Shown here: in pieces, positions 38,573 through 50,374 of the stretch
How positions within the stretch are numbered: the stretch's first letter is position 1
Layout: each line of letters begins with the position of its first letter
Assembly: GCA_030141605.1 (NCBI GenBank)
Contig: JAQGDQ010000471.1
Coordinates: forward strand, 111,297 to 175,296
Length of the DNA: 64,000 nt
Source: Tubiluchus corallicola
Taxonomy: Eukaryota; Animalia; Priapulida
Direction of reading: 5' to 3'
Position numbers and translations under genes: made by a program
Notes under the pieces: generated by a model
Told to the model about the DNA's origin: nothing
Seen by the model: only the letters and a program-made list of their open reading frames with translations
Database searches by the model: none

Positions 38573-39730
38573 CTTGCAACTTTATATCAGCTGGAATACA
38601 ACAAGAATCAAATGACGCTTCTAGCAAATACTGAATTGCATTGCTGGTAAGTTCCAAATCTGACAGCTCTGGCAAACCGCCAAAGCCTTGGGCCTCTATG
38701 TCGTGTATTGCATTAAATGATACTATCAAATACGTTAATTCAGAAAGTCCTGAGAAAGAATTTGCCTTGATGTCCGTTAAAGAGTTCATACGTAGGTCTA
38801 ATAAATATAATGAGGTCATTTCTGCAAAGCAGTCTGCTTCAAGAGTGCTAATTTTATTCGAAGACAATATAAGCGTATCAACCGTCTCCAATTCAGCAAA
38901 CATCTTAGATGAAACTTCTGAGAGGAGATTTCCTTTCAAATACAACTTTTCCAGTTTATCTAAGCTACCAAAGGCATTTTCTGAAATAGTGGCAATTTGG
39001 TTGTCCGTCAGAATTAATGTCTGCAATGCTGCCAATGGCCCAAACGTTTCTATAGTTACAGTTTGCATTGAATTTTGTCCGAGATTAAGGTCTGCTAGTT
39101 CAGATAAACCAGTAAAAACTTCAGCTGTTAATTCAGTTATTTGGTTAAGAGACAAATCGAGGCTTTTCAACTTTGTTAAGGCTTCAAAGACGCCGCCTTC
39201 AACTTGTTCTATCACATTCCGCTGTAAATATAATTCAACTAAACTATTCCCATCTTCAAAAGCAAATGCCTCTAATGTTGTGATCTCATTACCATCCAGA
39301 TGAAGTTTTGTCAAACTTTTCAACTCTGCGATGGCTTGGTTTGGAACATTATTGAGTTTGTTATCTGTGAGAACTAAGGAGACAAGCCGTTCCTCCAAGC
39401 TGGCAAATGCCTCATCATCAATGAATGACAGTTCTGAATTAGTAATACTAATTTCCTGAGGAAGACAAGTTATGAATGCGTTAGCTGGAAGTGTATTTCC
39501 TGTGGTTCCACTTATGAATACTGCTTCTATAGGTTCGTCGACACTGTTGAGTACAGTTAGCACATCTTCCAACTCTCCACTGCCGCAGTAAAATTCCAGT
39601 CCTTCTCTCCACGAGTATGATGTACACGTACAAGGCTGTATAGTTTCCGCTGGAGGGCACTGTAATCCCGGTTCAGTAGTGGTTGGTTCAGTTGGTGAGA
39701 CTGTTGTCAGCCAGTCACACAAGTCACCAT
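38573..39730 (-). CDS. Gene 2 exon: linker + LRRNT + LRR cassette 4
   Basis: Acceptor tgttttttag|AT; donor CAA G|GTAATT; 1158 nt, phase 1-1; CPPAETIQPCTC followed by regular 24-aa LRRs. Confidence 0.92.
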
Positions 39731-40713
39731 CTAAAAAACAAATGTTAGAGTCAATGCATGTACCGTTAAAAATAGTGTTTTACATAATATTTACCACATT
39801 GCAAGGAAGAACGGAGTACTTAACGCAGGCTTTACTAAAGATAATAGTGTGACAACACCGACATGGCAATTGTTAAAGATAGTTCATTTAGATGAGATTC
39901 TGAACTGGCACAGCTGTTAGTGGTTAAGTATGTTGTGAAACCAGCATACTTAGTCTTATTGTTTGCTGTGGAAATTTGCTCAAAAACAAGTTTATTCTGC
40001 ATTTCCACTAATCAACACGTTCTTTTTCAATAGCATATCCCAATGACATTTAACACAACCAAATGTCTATTAACATTATTCTCATCTGTGAAGTGCTATC
40101 AACTGCTTGCTTGATTGATAGTTAGGATATATTCCAATGAGGTTTGAGTAATTCCACAAGCTGACGGAACCTAGTATCAGCTGTTGATTGGCAGTCTCAA
40201 AAAATGTAACAGATGATACAAACAAACGATTACTCACACATGTATAAAATGACCACATCCTCATCATTTAATATTATGTTTGCCAACAATGAGGATGTCG
40301 ACTGTTTCTGTATCGAAGAACGACGGTTTCACATCTCACCAGAAGTCAAGCTGAGTTAACAACAGAAGCTAGTGACCCTTCACTTGAAGATCTATTGGCC
40401 GTGGTATTTGAATATTGCAATAGTGCTGCTATTTGACTGGTTATTCTTTTGCAGCTCTTTTCTGTATTTAATTGTATTCAAATGATGATCCAGGTAGGTG
40501 TTGTTATCAGATTCTTCCTGTCTAAATGCAAGGTGTGGGATTACAATTGAAGGCATGTTACTAGGTATGTAACCTGTGATCGTTGCAAACATACGACAAA
40601 AATTGGGCGAATGATGTGAGACCAACAGTTTTAACTGAACCAAACATGTTAGCCAGCAAAAGTCTTTTACTTAATTGTGACTTTTCATATCTTAAAACTA
40701 CGATTTTCTTTAC

Positions 40714-40869
40714 CTATTTCACACTCAGGGCATCCAATACAATTCAGTTGTATTGCATCCAGGTCACTGATGTGTTGACCTTGAAGGCTACTTGGTGTCT
40801 CACAAATACCATCATGCCAGTCCACATCCTTGATCCACTTTAAATTGCAGTCGCATGACAATGGATTGC
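40714..40869 (-). CDS. Gene 2 exon: LRRCT
   Basis: Acceptor gcatttag|GC; GNPLSCDCNLKWI...CETPSSLQG; donor ATA G|GTAAAG; 156 nt, phase 1-1. Confidence 0.88.
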
Positions 40870-41698
40870 CTAAATGCAAGAATCAAAGAAAATGAAAGTT
40901 TCTAATTAATGTGCTTGTCGTGAATGACACTGCCTTTTACTTCATGGACAATCATAGTTTTAAATATTAAAATTTGCAATTTTATTTAAATTTTTATTAA
41001 GTATATTAAGTTTTCAGGCATAACAGGTGTAGCATCTTAAGCTATGTATAAATACCAAAATACTGGGTATCATAATTCACACATCGCTCATCCCGTACCT
41101 TATGCCTGAAGTTTTTGCTTATTTTTAGCCACACAGTACTCTCAGAAAAAACCTGTTTTTGTGCTCAATGAAATGAAAAGAGGGCCCCGAAAGTGATGAA
41201 ATGCTTGACTCTCAGAAGAATATTTTCGTGCAGCCTCACTCAAGTTTTTCGAAATCTGTCTGATGTATTTTCCTGTGTTTACATGCACAAACAGGACAGC
41301 TTGTGCCATAAAACTTACCGAAGCTCGTTCAAGATGTATTCACTGAAGAGGTTGTTTAAGATAACCCAAAATTTGTCAAGAGTGGGTGTAAAGCAAGGCA
41401 AAAAATTTCAAAACTTTAACAAAGTTTGAAATATTTGTAGTCCAGAGATAACAAAAATGTCACGTTTGTATTAGACCCATACTTAGCACGTTTCCGTTCG
41501 CTACGACCACTGACCCATCCCCAGACGTATAATCACTCCTTACAAAGAGCCTGATTAACAGGTAACAAATATATCACCATGCTGTTAACCTGTGTGTATT
41601 GTTATAAATGGTTTGAAAGGCCATCTAAACAATTTGTTAAACGAAACATTAAAAAGTTCTATAGGAAAACCTGCTAGAACATGATTCAAACTTCTTAC

Positions 41699-43012
41699 CA
41701 TAAAGTGAAATGAGTTTGGGCAAAATGACAACTGATCCATCCCAAAAGGTATCCTTAGTCAGATATTCCAGTTGATTGTAATCCAAATATAGCTCTTCTA
41801 AATTAGGTAAGTCATCTAAGGCTGAATCGCAGATCTGGTAAAGGTGGTTCCACGTAATCCTTAGCGTTGCTAACGAAGGTATCCCAAATGAATGAGCGTG
41901 TAGAGTATCTAGGGTATTACTGGATATGTCTAATACGTGAAGGGAATCTAGACCTTGAAATGCCTCATAACTAACAACACTAATATCGTTATTTCTTATA
42001 GAGAGGGTATGTAGATTGATTAGACGTAGAAATACCGGAGTATTAAGTGTTGTTAGCAGGTTGTCATCCAAATATAGAACTCTAAGGTTTTCTAAACCGG
42101 TAAACATTTCCGAATCCAAGTCCGAAAGTTGGTTGTACTGCAAAAACAAGTACGTTAAATTACCCAATTCTTTGAAAGTTTCACTAGTAATAGTATCTAG
42201 TTTGTTGCTCGAAAGGTCAAAGGTTTCTAAAGATAGTAAAGACTTGAACAAGGGACTATAAACAGACTGAATGTCATTTTCCTTGAGCCTCAGATGTATC
42301 ATGTTGGATGCACCACTAAATGCATCATCGTCTATGGTTGATATCTGATTACGCTCAAGTGATAATATTTTTAGATCCGATGGAAATGCAGCGGCTGGTA
42401 GATTCGAGATGACATTCTCTGATATATCCAATGTCTCTAGAATTGCAAGGGATTTAATGGCAGTAGGAACCGTGTCCAGAAGATTTGTGCTTAGCTGCAA
42501 ATTCAGCAGCGAATTTTCGACGCCTGCAAAGGCATCGTCTTCAATGACTGTCGTATTACAGCGCGTTATGTACAAATTGTATATCTCAAGACCTGCAAAA
42601 GAACCAGATGAGATGATGGGCCAGGTAACTGAGTTGATTGTTAGACGATCGATTGGATCCCCAATTTTCTGCAACATTTCTAACACTTCATCAATGTTAT
42701 CGATAAATTGGCAGTAAATTTCTAGTGCAATGTCATTTGGTATACAGAAGCACGGAGCGACATCTTCGGCTGGAGGACATTGATATGGTTCCGTGGGAGG
42801 TTGCGTTGGAATGACTGTGTCTTCGTCACAGATGTCTAGTTGAGTGATGTTGCACCCTTCACAATCACAAACAAATAGTTCTTCAGGGACTTTATGGATA
42901 TCGACGGGATTACCATAATTTTCAGTGACATTAAGGGGAGCCACACATTCTGCTTCTGACTTATTGAACGATTTAATCCAGAGATTATTGCAGTCACAAA
43001 CAAGCGGATTAT
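41699..43012 (-). CDS. Gene 2 exon: LRRCT + linker + LRRNT + LRR cassette 3
   Basis: Acceptor catttcag|AT gives DNPLVCDCNNLWI; CPPAEDVAPCFC; donor TAT G|GTAAGA; 1314 nt, phase 1-1. Confidence 0.92.
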
Positions 43013-43224
43013 CTGAAATGAAATGACACGGGTCTAGTTAAAATGTGTGCCTATATCGATCTCGATTAACATCTACTTTATAGTTCAATGAAAATATTTT
43101 GGCTATAGTAACGCAATTTGTCTTCAAACCGCGTACAATTTCTAAGGCGACATTCGTTTATGTCATCTGGTAAACTGCTTGGAAGTGACATGAAATCAAC
43201 GTGAACTGACTAGTACCAAAAACT

Positions 43225-43230
43225 GTAGTG

Positions 43231-43300
<70 letters not shown>
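43225..43300. repeat. (GTA)n microsatellite
   Basis: Seen directly. Confidence 0.9.
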
Positions 43301-43490
43301 GAGAAGTATGTTAAGACATCAAAAGTGACATGAGAGCAAATAATGATATAATATTTGTACGATACTCTTGCTTTAAATCTTATGTAGATATTATCCCAGA
43401 AACAATTAACTATTCATGATATTTAATACTTTTCTATATTTAGTACATTAATATTGTCATATATAATGTAATTAAAACCGTGTATCATAC

Positions 43491-44876
43491 CAGATAAATC
43501 GAGCCAAAACGTATCTTCATTCCAGTTGGCATTAATCGTATTTTCTAGAAGATATTCTATGCGATTTTTCTTCAAATCCAATTCTGCTAAGCCATCTATT
43601 CCAACAAAAGCATCACTGCAGATATGTGTAATTTTATTAAAACTAAGATCCAACCATTCCAGATTAGTCAGGTTCTCAAATGTACTTCCATTAACTCGAC
43701 GAATCAAATTATTTGAAACGTGCAAGCGTCTGAGCTTGTTCAAACCTGTCCAATCAACTGACGTGATTTCCTCTAATTTGTTTGTGTTGAGATTTAAAGA
43801 TTCTAGTGATGTTAAGTGTTGGAAGAGCTTGGAGCCTATGTTGTTGAAATCCTTTCCCAAATAATTATCGTACAACGTAAGAACTTCTAAGTTGTCCAAG
43901 CCAAAAAACACATCTGGCTCAAGACCTTTTCTTAGCCAGTTGTTATTTAAGAATAAATGGGTTAGGTTTGTGAGATCCTGAAATGCCCTTGGTTGGATTG
44001 GTGGTTGGATGAGAGGTAATTGAGAAAGAGTGCCTGGACGGAGGCGATTGTAGCGCAGAAACAAAGCACGTAGATTTGGCATTCCAGCGAAGTCTCTGAG
44101 CCCAATTTTTTTAATCTTGTTATGTGACACATCGAGATGTATTAGATTCGTTAGCTTTGAAAAAGAATTTGCTTCTACCTCACGAATGTTGTTTGTGTGA
44201 AGATATAGATATCCTAAGTTATTGTCATCGAAGCCATCAAAATCGGATGATAATGTCTGATTAATCGAGTTCTGTGATAGATCCAGCACTACCAAGCTCT
44301 CCTTTAATGGAACTAGTGCATCGCCAATGATGGACGTCAACTGATTGTTGCTCATATGGAGAAGTGTGAGACTGCTGAACGTCTCATCTCCAATGCCATT
44401 AAATGCATCAGCGTCCACGTATGTAACATTACTGTGTGTGATATATAGTTCTTGTATATAGACGCCATAAAACATGTCTTTCGGAATTGTGTTTATCGGA
44501 CAATAATCAATAGTAAAACTTGCAACTGTTTCATTCAGATATTGCATAATGTTTTGTATTTCAGAAAGCTGGGCTTCACGGCAGTAGATGTTGTAAGTTG
44601 CATTGTCATAATTCGAGCGGCAATAGCACGGTTTAAGAAGATCGGCATCTGGGCACTGAGCTGTCTGCGGCAGTGGGTATGTGGGCAGAGTAGTTTCATC
44701 ATCACAGATGTCCTGGTCCGTAATGTTGTGGCTCGGATCGTGGCATGTCAGTACGGGCTCTGGTATCAAGTCCAAATCCAGTCCCTCCATTTCCCATGGA
44801 GCTGCACAAGTAGCACTAGTTTTCCCTGCCACCTGCTTTAGCCATGCCGCATTGCAGTCGCATGTCATCGGATTAC
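43491..44876 (-). CDS. Gene 2 exon: LRRCT + linker + LRRNT + LRR cassette 2
   Basis: Acceptor ctatttctag|GT gives GNPMTCDCNAAWL; CPDADLLKPCYC; donor TCT G|GTATGA; 1386 nt, phase 1-1. Confidence 0.92.
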
Positions 44877-45060
44877 CTAGAAATAGGCACAGAATACAGG
44901 GTATATAGGGTAACAGGTAGATTTTTGAAAAAAAATGGCTACCACAGTTAGTATCCAAAATACACTGTGCATCACTAAAATATATTTCATTTCTGCCAAA
45001 GCCTCTTTATTCCATATCTTATCCTAAGGTGGCATCCATACTTTGACAACAAAGTCTTAC

Positions 45061-45210
45061 CAGCAAGATCAATGTCCAGCCATGTCGCAGGAAGAGAAAC
45101 ATTATTAGAGAATGAAAAGGCACTTCGTAACAAAAACTGTATCTCATTATTTGCGAAGTTCAGAGAAGGGATCGAAATGACGTCATGAAACGCTCCTGCA
45201 CAAAGATCCT
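45061..45210 (-). CDS. Gene 2 most upstream identified exon: end of LRR cassette 1 (5' part of the gene not found)
   Basis: Acceptor atgttttgcag|AG; DLCAGAFHDVISIPSLNFANNEIQFLLRSAF...WLDIDLA; donor G|GTAAGA; 150 nt, phase 1-1; parallels the ends of the other cassettes (ICSDAF...NRIEYLL); not in the ORF track. Confidence 0.8.
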
Positions 45211-46369
45211 CTGCAAAACATAATCAAATAACCACATATTGATATAAATTGTTCATCAGTTATAGTTAATGTAAATAGAAAGGATGTCAAATCATAAGTA
45301 GTAAGTATTCGATATTCAAAAACAGCATGCTTCATACGGGAGGTGTACATGATGAATAAACATGCACAATCTATGGCGACAAATGATTCAGCTAGAGTGA
45401 GCATTTTTTGTGGCAGAGCATAGAATGTTTTTTTAAATTTGACTAAAAACTGCTGCGTATTCCACACTTGCTGCACTAGTGAGTAGTCACACATCCATCA
45501 CTGGCTGCATCACATATTTTTTTGTTGCCACAGATACTCTGTAGTTCTTATTGCGCGTTCAGACGTAGAGACGTTTCTCGCAACTTCTCTCTGAGAGTAA
45601 AGTCGCACGTGTGAACGGTTTGGCAACTTCTCTTGCGAGAGAAGTCTCTACATCTGAATGCGCTATTAGAATATTGTGAGTAGCAATATAATACTCGCCA
45701 TGTTCTCGGTTCTGACACTAACCTGTCTGTTAAAATCAATTTTATGCAATTGGTTTACTTTGTCAGACGTTAGAAACTCAGATTCTTTTAAACTCACATT
45801 ATAAACTGACTAATAATTGTACTTGTGATCAGCGAAGTCACTGGACTGAATGTGAAATAGGCCACTACACGTGTTGCGCAGAAGAGGTGCTGTGGTGAGA
45901 TGAGTACACTGGGCATGTATGTTCATCACAAAGTCAGGTAAATTCAATCATTCAATGACTTTCCGCTTCAGATTTCGGTTTCATTGTGATAACATCAGCA
46001 ATTACCTGACAATTCAACAACAAGTCTTTTCACAGTTTCGTTGTGCGCACGCGCAGTTGCTGCAGGGTCAAAGGTTAAGTGTACCACGGCAGCGCGTTTT
46101 AACTACGACCGCCGCGTGACATGTGGTTAAAGTAAAGCCGTCTGCCGCATCGGTTCAGTAACTTCAGCTGTTTTAAATCGACTTTACTTAATTATGTATT
46201 AGTCTGTGCGTAGAGGGGTTTACTATCAGGATCTTGCTTGAGAACAAGACAAAAATGAACTAGGTAAGGGCTAGCAGTTAAAACTGTTGCAGCATGGCTG
46301 CGAGGCGCTGTCAAGTGTACACAAATGCGTTGTCTGGTACACCTAACCATCGACCTTCTCACTAATCAC

Positions 46370-46590
46370 ACCTCACATGTACTTTGACAGTTTGCCACAA
46401 GTTCACATGCCCTACATTTCAATAAAGTCTCCATAAGCAAGCTCACATGCCCCGGGGCAGCTTCATACTAGTTTACATGTCCCGGGGGCAGCTTTGTACA
46501 AGTTCACATGTCCTGGGACACCTTCATACAAGTTCACGCGCTCCACATGTCTTTAGACAGCTTCATACTCGTTCACATGCCCCGGGGCAT
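46370..46590. repeat. Degenerate ~26-28-bp tandem repeat (agttcacatgtcccggggcagcttcatac-like)
   Basis: Recurring (t/c)tcacatg(t/c)cc motif, about 8 times. Confidence 0.7.
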
Positions 46591-46605
46591 GGAGCTTGTA
46601 TGAAA

Positions 46606-48144
46606 CTAGTCTCCTATATTGATAACAGGGTGATTAGGATTTCGTCTACTGGGACATTTAGAGGATTCGCTATGCCGCAGAACATGGGCATAGCAAATAC
46701 TACTTTTGGAGGTGTTGGCAGGGGGAATATCATATTTAGCAGTGTCTGAGCCTTTTATGCAAACTTCTTTCCGAGCGGGACGAACTGAGATATCGTTAGC
46801 TATGAGGAAAGGAGTTCCAGCCAAGATATCAACATCCAAATTACGCACTACTAGGGCTTCTAAACAGAGATTGTGAGCATTTCGAGTAACGGTTATGCGT
46901 GTTTCACCTATGATGTCCAATGGTGTAACCCCATCAGCTTGCAAAGCGGACTGTGTAGTTTGCTGAATAGGAACACCAATTAGATGGGCAATAGCTTCTT
47001 TGATCATGCTGGTTTCAGCACCCGTGTCTAGGGTTATGTAGATTGGATGATGTTTGTAGAAAACTTTCAAATGAGGAGATTGTTTTGTGCTGACTCGATG
47101 AGCGGTAAACACACAACGGAGATTATGGGAAGCACACTCATCATCGTCACCGGCGTCAGGCTCTGTTGTGTCAATGTTATGACAACTATCTGCACTGTCT
47201 TGACTGTAGTCTTCCTCAAAGCTGATGGTCTGGCGGGCTCTGGCAAAATATTCCTTATCTTCCTCTGGTAGGTACTGGCACGTACTGAGAAAATGTTGAA
47301 ATTTAGCACGACCCGCTTGTTTGCATAACGGGCAAATTTTTGTTGAACGACGCGGTTGCTTTTTCCGAATCAACGGCTGTTTGCGTTTGGAATAATCTGG
47401 AAACTGTTGGAAGGCTGTGCGTAACACTTTAGCATCGGCTGATGCCTGAAGTTCCTCTAGCAAAGAATCTAGTGCCAATGAAATTTCTGGCTTCAGTGAG
47501 GCAAGTGTTTTTGATCTTAGCTCTGTACCGTACTTTTGCTTGACTAAGCTGGGTAGCCCAGGATGTAAAAGTCGAAGCCAAGTCAGAATGATTAGGTTCT
47601 CTAAGGTAGGTGTAATTTCCTCATCACTAATTGGATTCTCACCGTGATGCTGTATACCACCTGCAGCGCGTAAGAGGTTATCCTCAATGAAACTATTTAA
47701 ACGCTGGAAAAGATCTTCTGGACGTTCGTCTGGCTGCATATGAATATTATTAAAATCCAAAAAATGACCACCTGTTGTTTGGAATCCGAAATGCTGTCTA
47801 ATTGTTTGCCATATACGAGTCAATGATGTTGAGTTTTTGACAATGGAATTTCTCGAAATAATCGGACAATAGTTGGCAATCTGTCCCAGCATTAAGTCCA
47901 GATGAGTGGTCTTTTGTGCGGCTGTTCGGCGGTTTGCAATGGGAACGTTTTCATCATCATCTTGCAGACCTCGTAAAGGTGCTGCATTTGTTTTCTTATG
48001 CCAGGTCGCACCTTCAACTAAAAATTCTGCAAAATTCTGATCTAGCGATAGAGTGTATTGCAAATTTTGGCGCCATGCTTCAAATGATGTAATTGTCTCT
48101 TGTTTTGTCAGACACCACTGTTTTGGAGCACGAGTAGTGGCCAT
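46606..48144 (-). mobile_element. Truncated Ty3/Gypsy-like LTR retrotransposon: gag-protease ORF (512 aa), RT/RNase H/integrase missing
   Basis: Gag-like region with zinc knuckle CPLCKQAGRAKFQHFLSTC; aspartic protease ITLDTGAETSMI and DILAGTPFL; retroelement-like sequence appears to end near 46670. Confidence 0.85.
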
Positions 48145-48339
48145 ATTCTAACACAAATTGAGGGTGTTTATTAATACTAGTTCTTTCGAAAATTGCGCTG
48201 ATAAATTTTAATTCTTACGTCTTTACAGCTATGGAATAAGCTGACTGGTTTTGGTTAGATTTAGACAGATGCATGTACACTCTCGACAAACCAATTATAA
48301 GGTCCACTGGCTTTTCTGAGTACGTAGTTCGTAGTCACA

Positions 48340-48556
48340 CCGGCAGCCACCACGCCATTAATTAAAGAATGTACCAGCTTTGTCTCAAACACCAAGACGA
48401 CAAGAATAAATTTAACAACTTTATTGTAACTCGCAAAGCAACGAGGTTATAAGTAGAAAGATGAGCGCAACGCAAAAACAAAGAAGCTGAAAACAAAAGA
48501 GCAACTTTGCAAAAGGGGTAAAGTTGATAAAACTAACAACACGCATGTATACTGGC
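48340..48556 (-). mobile_element. Putative PBS and partial 5' LTR of the Gypsy-like element
   Basis: Minus strand AATAAA (48425-48420) ... ctttaattaa|TGGCGTGGTGGC (TGG-starting PBS-like) about 215 bp upstream of the gag ATG; no second LTR available to confirm. Confidence 0.45.
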
Positions 48557-48675
48557 GCTAGGGTTGTTATATTTGATAAGCTAAATGAAATACTTCTGCC
48601 CGAAAACCTTAATATAGCTGCCTTAGGAACTAATGATCTGTTGAAGTTGTTATTGTTCGGAAAAGATGAATTTAA
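48557..48675 (+). mobile_element. LINE 3' fragment (same family as 58269-58953)
   Basis: Near-identical to 58454-58571. Confidence 0.8.
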
Positions 48676-49308
48676 CCCTAGATATTCCTTATAGGGTCAC
48701 GTGGGGGGGGGGGGGGTAAAAATTTACCCCCAGACCGGTTTTTTGCATTTTACCCTTTTACCATACGCATCCCAGTAAATCTTTTCTATGACTTTTTCTA
48801 AATATGTTTTGTGAACAAAATACTTTCAGTTATTTATTTTAGGTGCATTGTCTCACCACGAAATAAAAGTGAAAATGCAATAGTCGATTTTTTAAAATTG
48901 TCGAAGCTTTACTTCGCTTGTCTATACATTATACGGGCGATGTATCTGATACAACAAAATGTCAGTTACTCAAATTACTCCATCTAAAAGAAGAGAGTAG
49001 TAGACAATAAATTCAAAATAACAATGATTTTTGCACACGCACTAGCAATGTCGGTTGTCTACAGTTATTCCAGCATAGATAAGGGAACGTAACTAAGTGA
49101 ATTTAAATTTCGTATTACTAGTAAGTCACATGTCTTTAAGCAGAGGTATAATGTATCCTATGGTGGTCAGCATAACCACAAAGTGTGCTGTTGCTGTTTA
49201 CTAATGAAACACGGCGGTTTATCGAAAGTAATTTACAAATTACATTGCGGGTAATTTTTTACCCCCGGTTACCAAAGTCGGTTGTAAGAAATCGTGACCC
49301 TATCGGGG
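48676..49308 (-). mobile_element. piggyBac-like MITE, copy 1 (inverted relative to the other copies)
   Basis: TTAA on both sides; ends ccct...ccttatagggtcac and gtgaccctatcgggg; body is the reverse complement of 56221-56833. Confidence 0.8.
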
Positions 49309-49879
49309 TTAAAGTCTTGGAAAATATTTGCTTTGCTCAAAACGAAATCCATGCAACTGGAAAAGAAGAATGGAATTTACATAGTGGCAATATTCGAACG
49401 ACATTGTCAATTACGGATAATGGAAATTCTGTCATCCATTTGCGGAAAAATTTCAAGCAGTCAGAATGAATTTGCTCGAAGTTTTCTCACCCATTTAATC
49501 AGATTAATTATTAACGCGATAAATTCTTTTGCTTAATTGCCATCGCTGCTTGTCTAGATCCCTGAACGTTTAATTTTCCTACCTGTCGCTGTGTGGCAGC
49601 ACCGCAAACCAACATCCTGAAATATTTCTGATAAATACATTCGTAAATGGAGGAATAATTGGCTCAAAAGTCGAAAACTATGTCTAATAGAACTATTGCT
49701 AAAACCGCAATTACGTTGACACACGTGTACCTATAACTCCTCCTGTTATTTACTTGCTTCAACTAGAATTGTAGCTGTGTCATAATAATCAAACTTCAAC
49801 AACTATTTAAAACAGTCATGCTGTTCTTATACTGGTGTATTATAGATAGATCAGATTTTATTTATTTAACGTTAGGAAA

Positions 49880-49960
49880 ATCCATTATACTCAGAAAAAT
49901 AATGGCTCAAGAGTGAAACCTTGTGGAACGCCACAAGTAATTTTGATTTTGACAGGGTGG
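49880..49960 (-). pseudogene. Small decayed LINE RT remnant
   Basis: Minus strand KITCGVPQGFTLEPLFF resembles the GVPQGSxLGPxLF motif. Confidence 0.5.
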
Positions 49961-50374
49961 AAATTACACATTAGTGCATTATGCCTATAAAAATCGCTTA
50001 CACAGTATATTCCATTGCTAAACAGAGTGTGTAGTTTCGAAGTTACATGTTTCTTAATTAATCATATAATTGACTTCATTTGGACAGAGTGAGAGAGAGT
50101 GAGAGAGAGAATAATCTATGTAACTGACGCAAAGACGCCCTACATAACGCAAGTACAATTGGCTTCATTGTAAGATGCATTCCATGAGGAGACATAATAG
50201 CTGACAGCCTTCATCATATCAACTTTGCAGCATCAGCATCATGTTCCCCAAATGACACTAACACAATTTGGCAAACACGACTACTCGTTATTCGCTATTC
50301 GTACAAACAACTACGTGTGCAACGACAGCATCTCTTTGCTTATGCGGCACTGAAAATTGCTTGCGTAAAGGCAA

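Noticed and set aside
38641-39303. Plus-strand ORFs overlapping LRR exons (also at 21727-22875 and 42016-44908)
   Set aside because: Antisense shadows of real coding exons
35734-45210. Naming gene 2 as slit, Toll, FLRT or a VLR-like rearranging locus
   Set aside because: No EGF/LamG or TIR domain; several cassettes, unlike FLRT; cassettes are spliceable exons with no scattered donor LRR fragments or recombination signals seen
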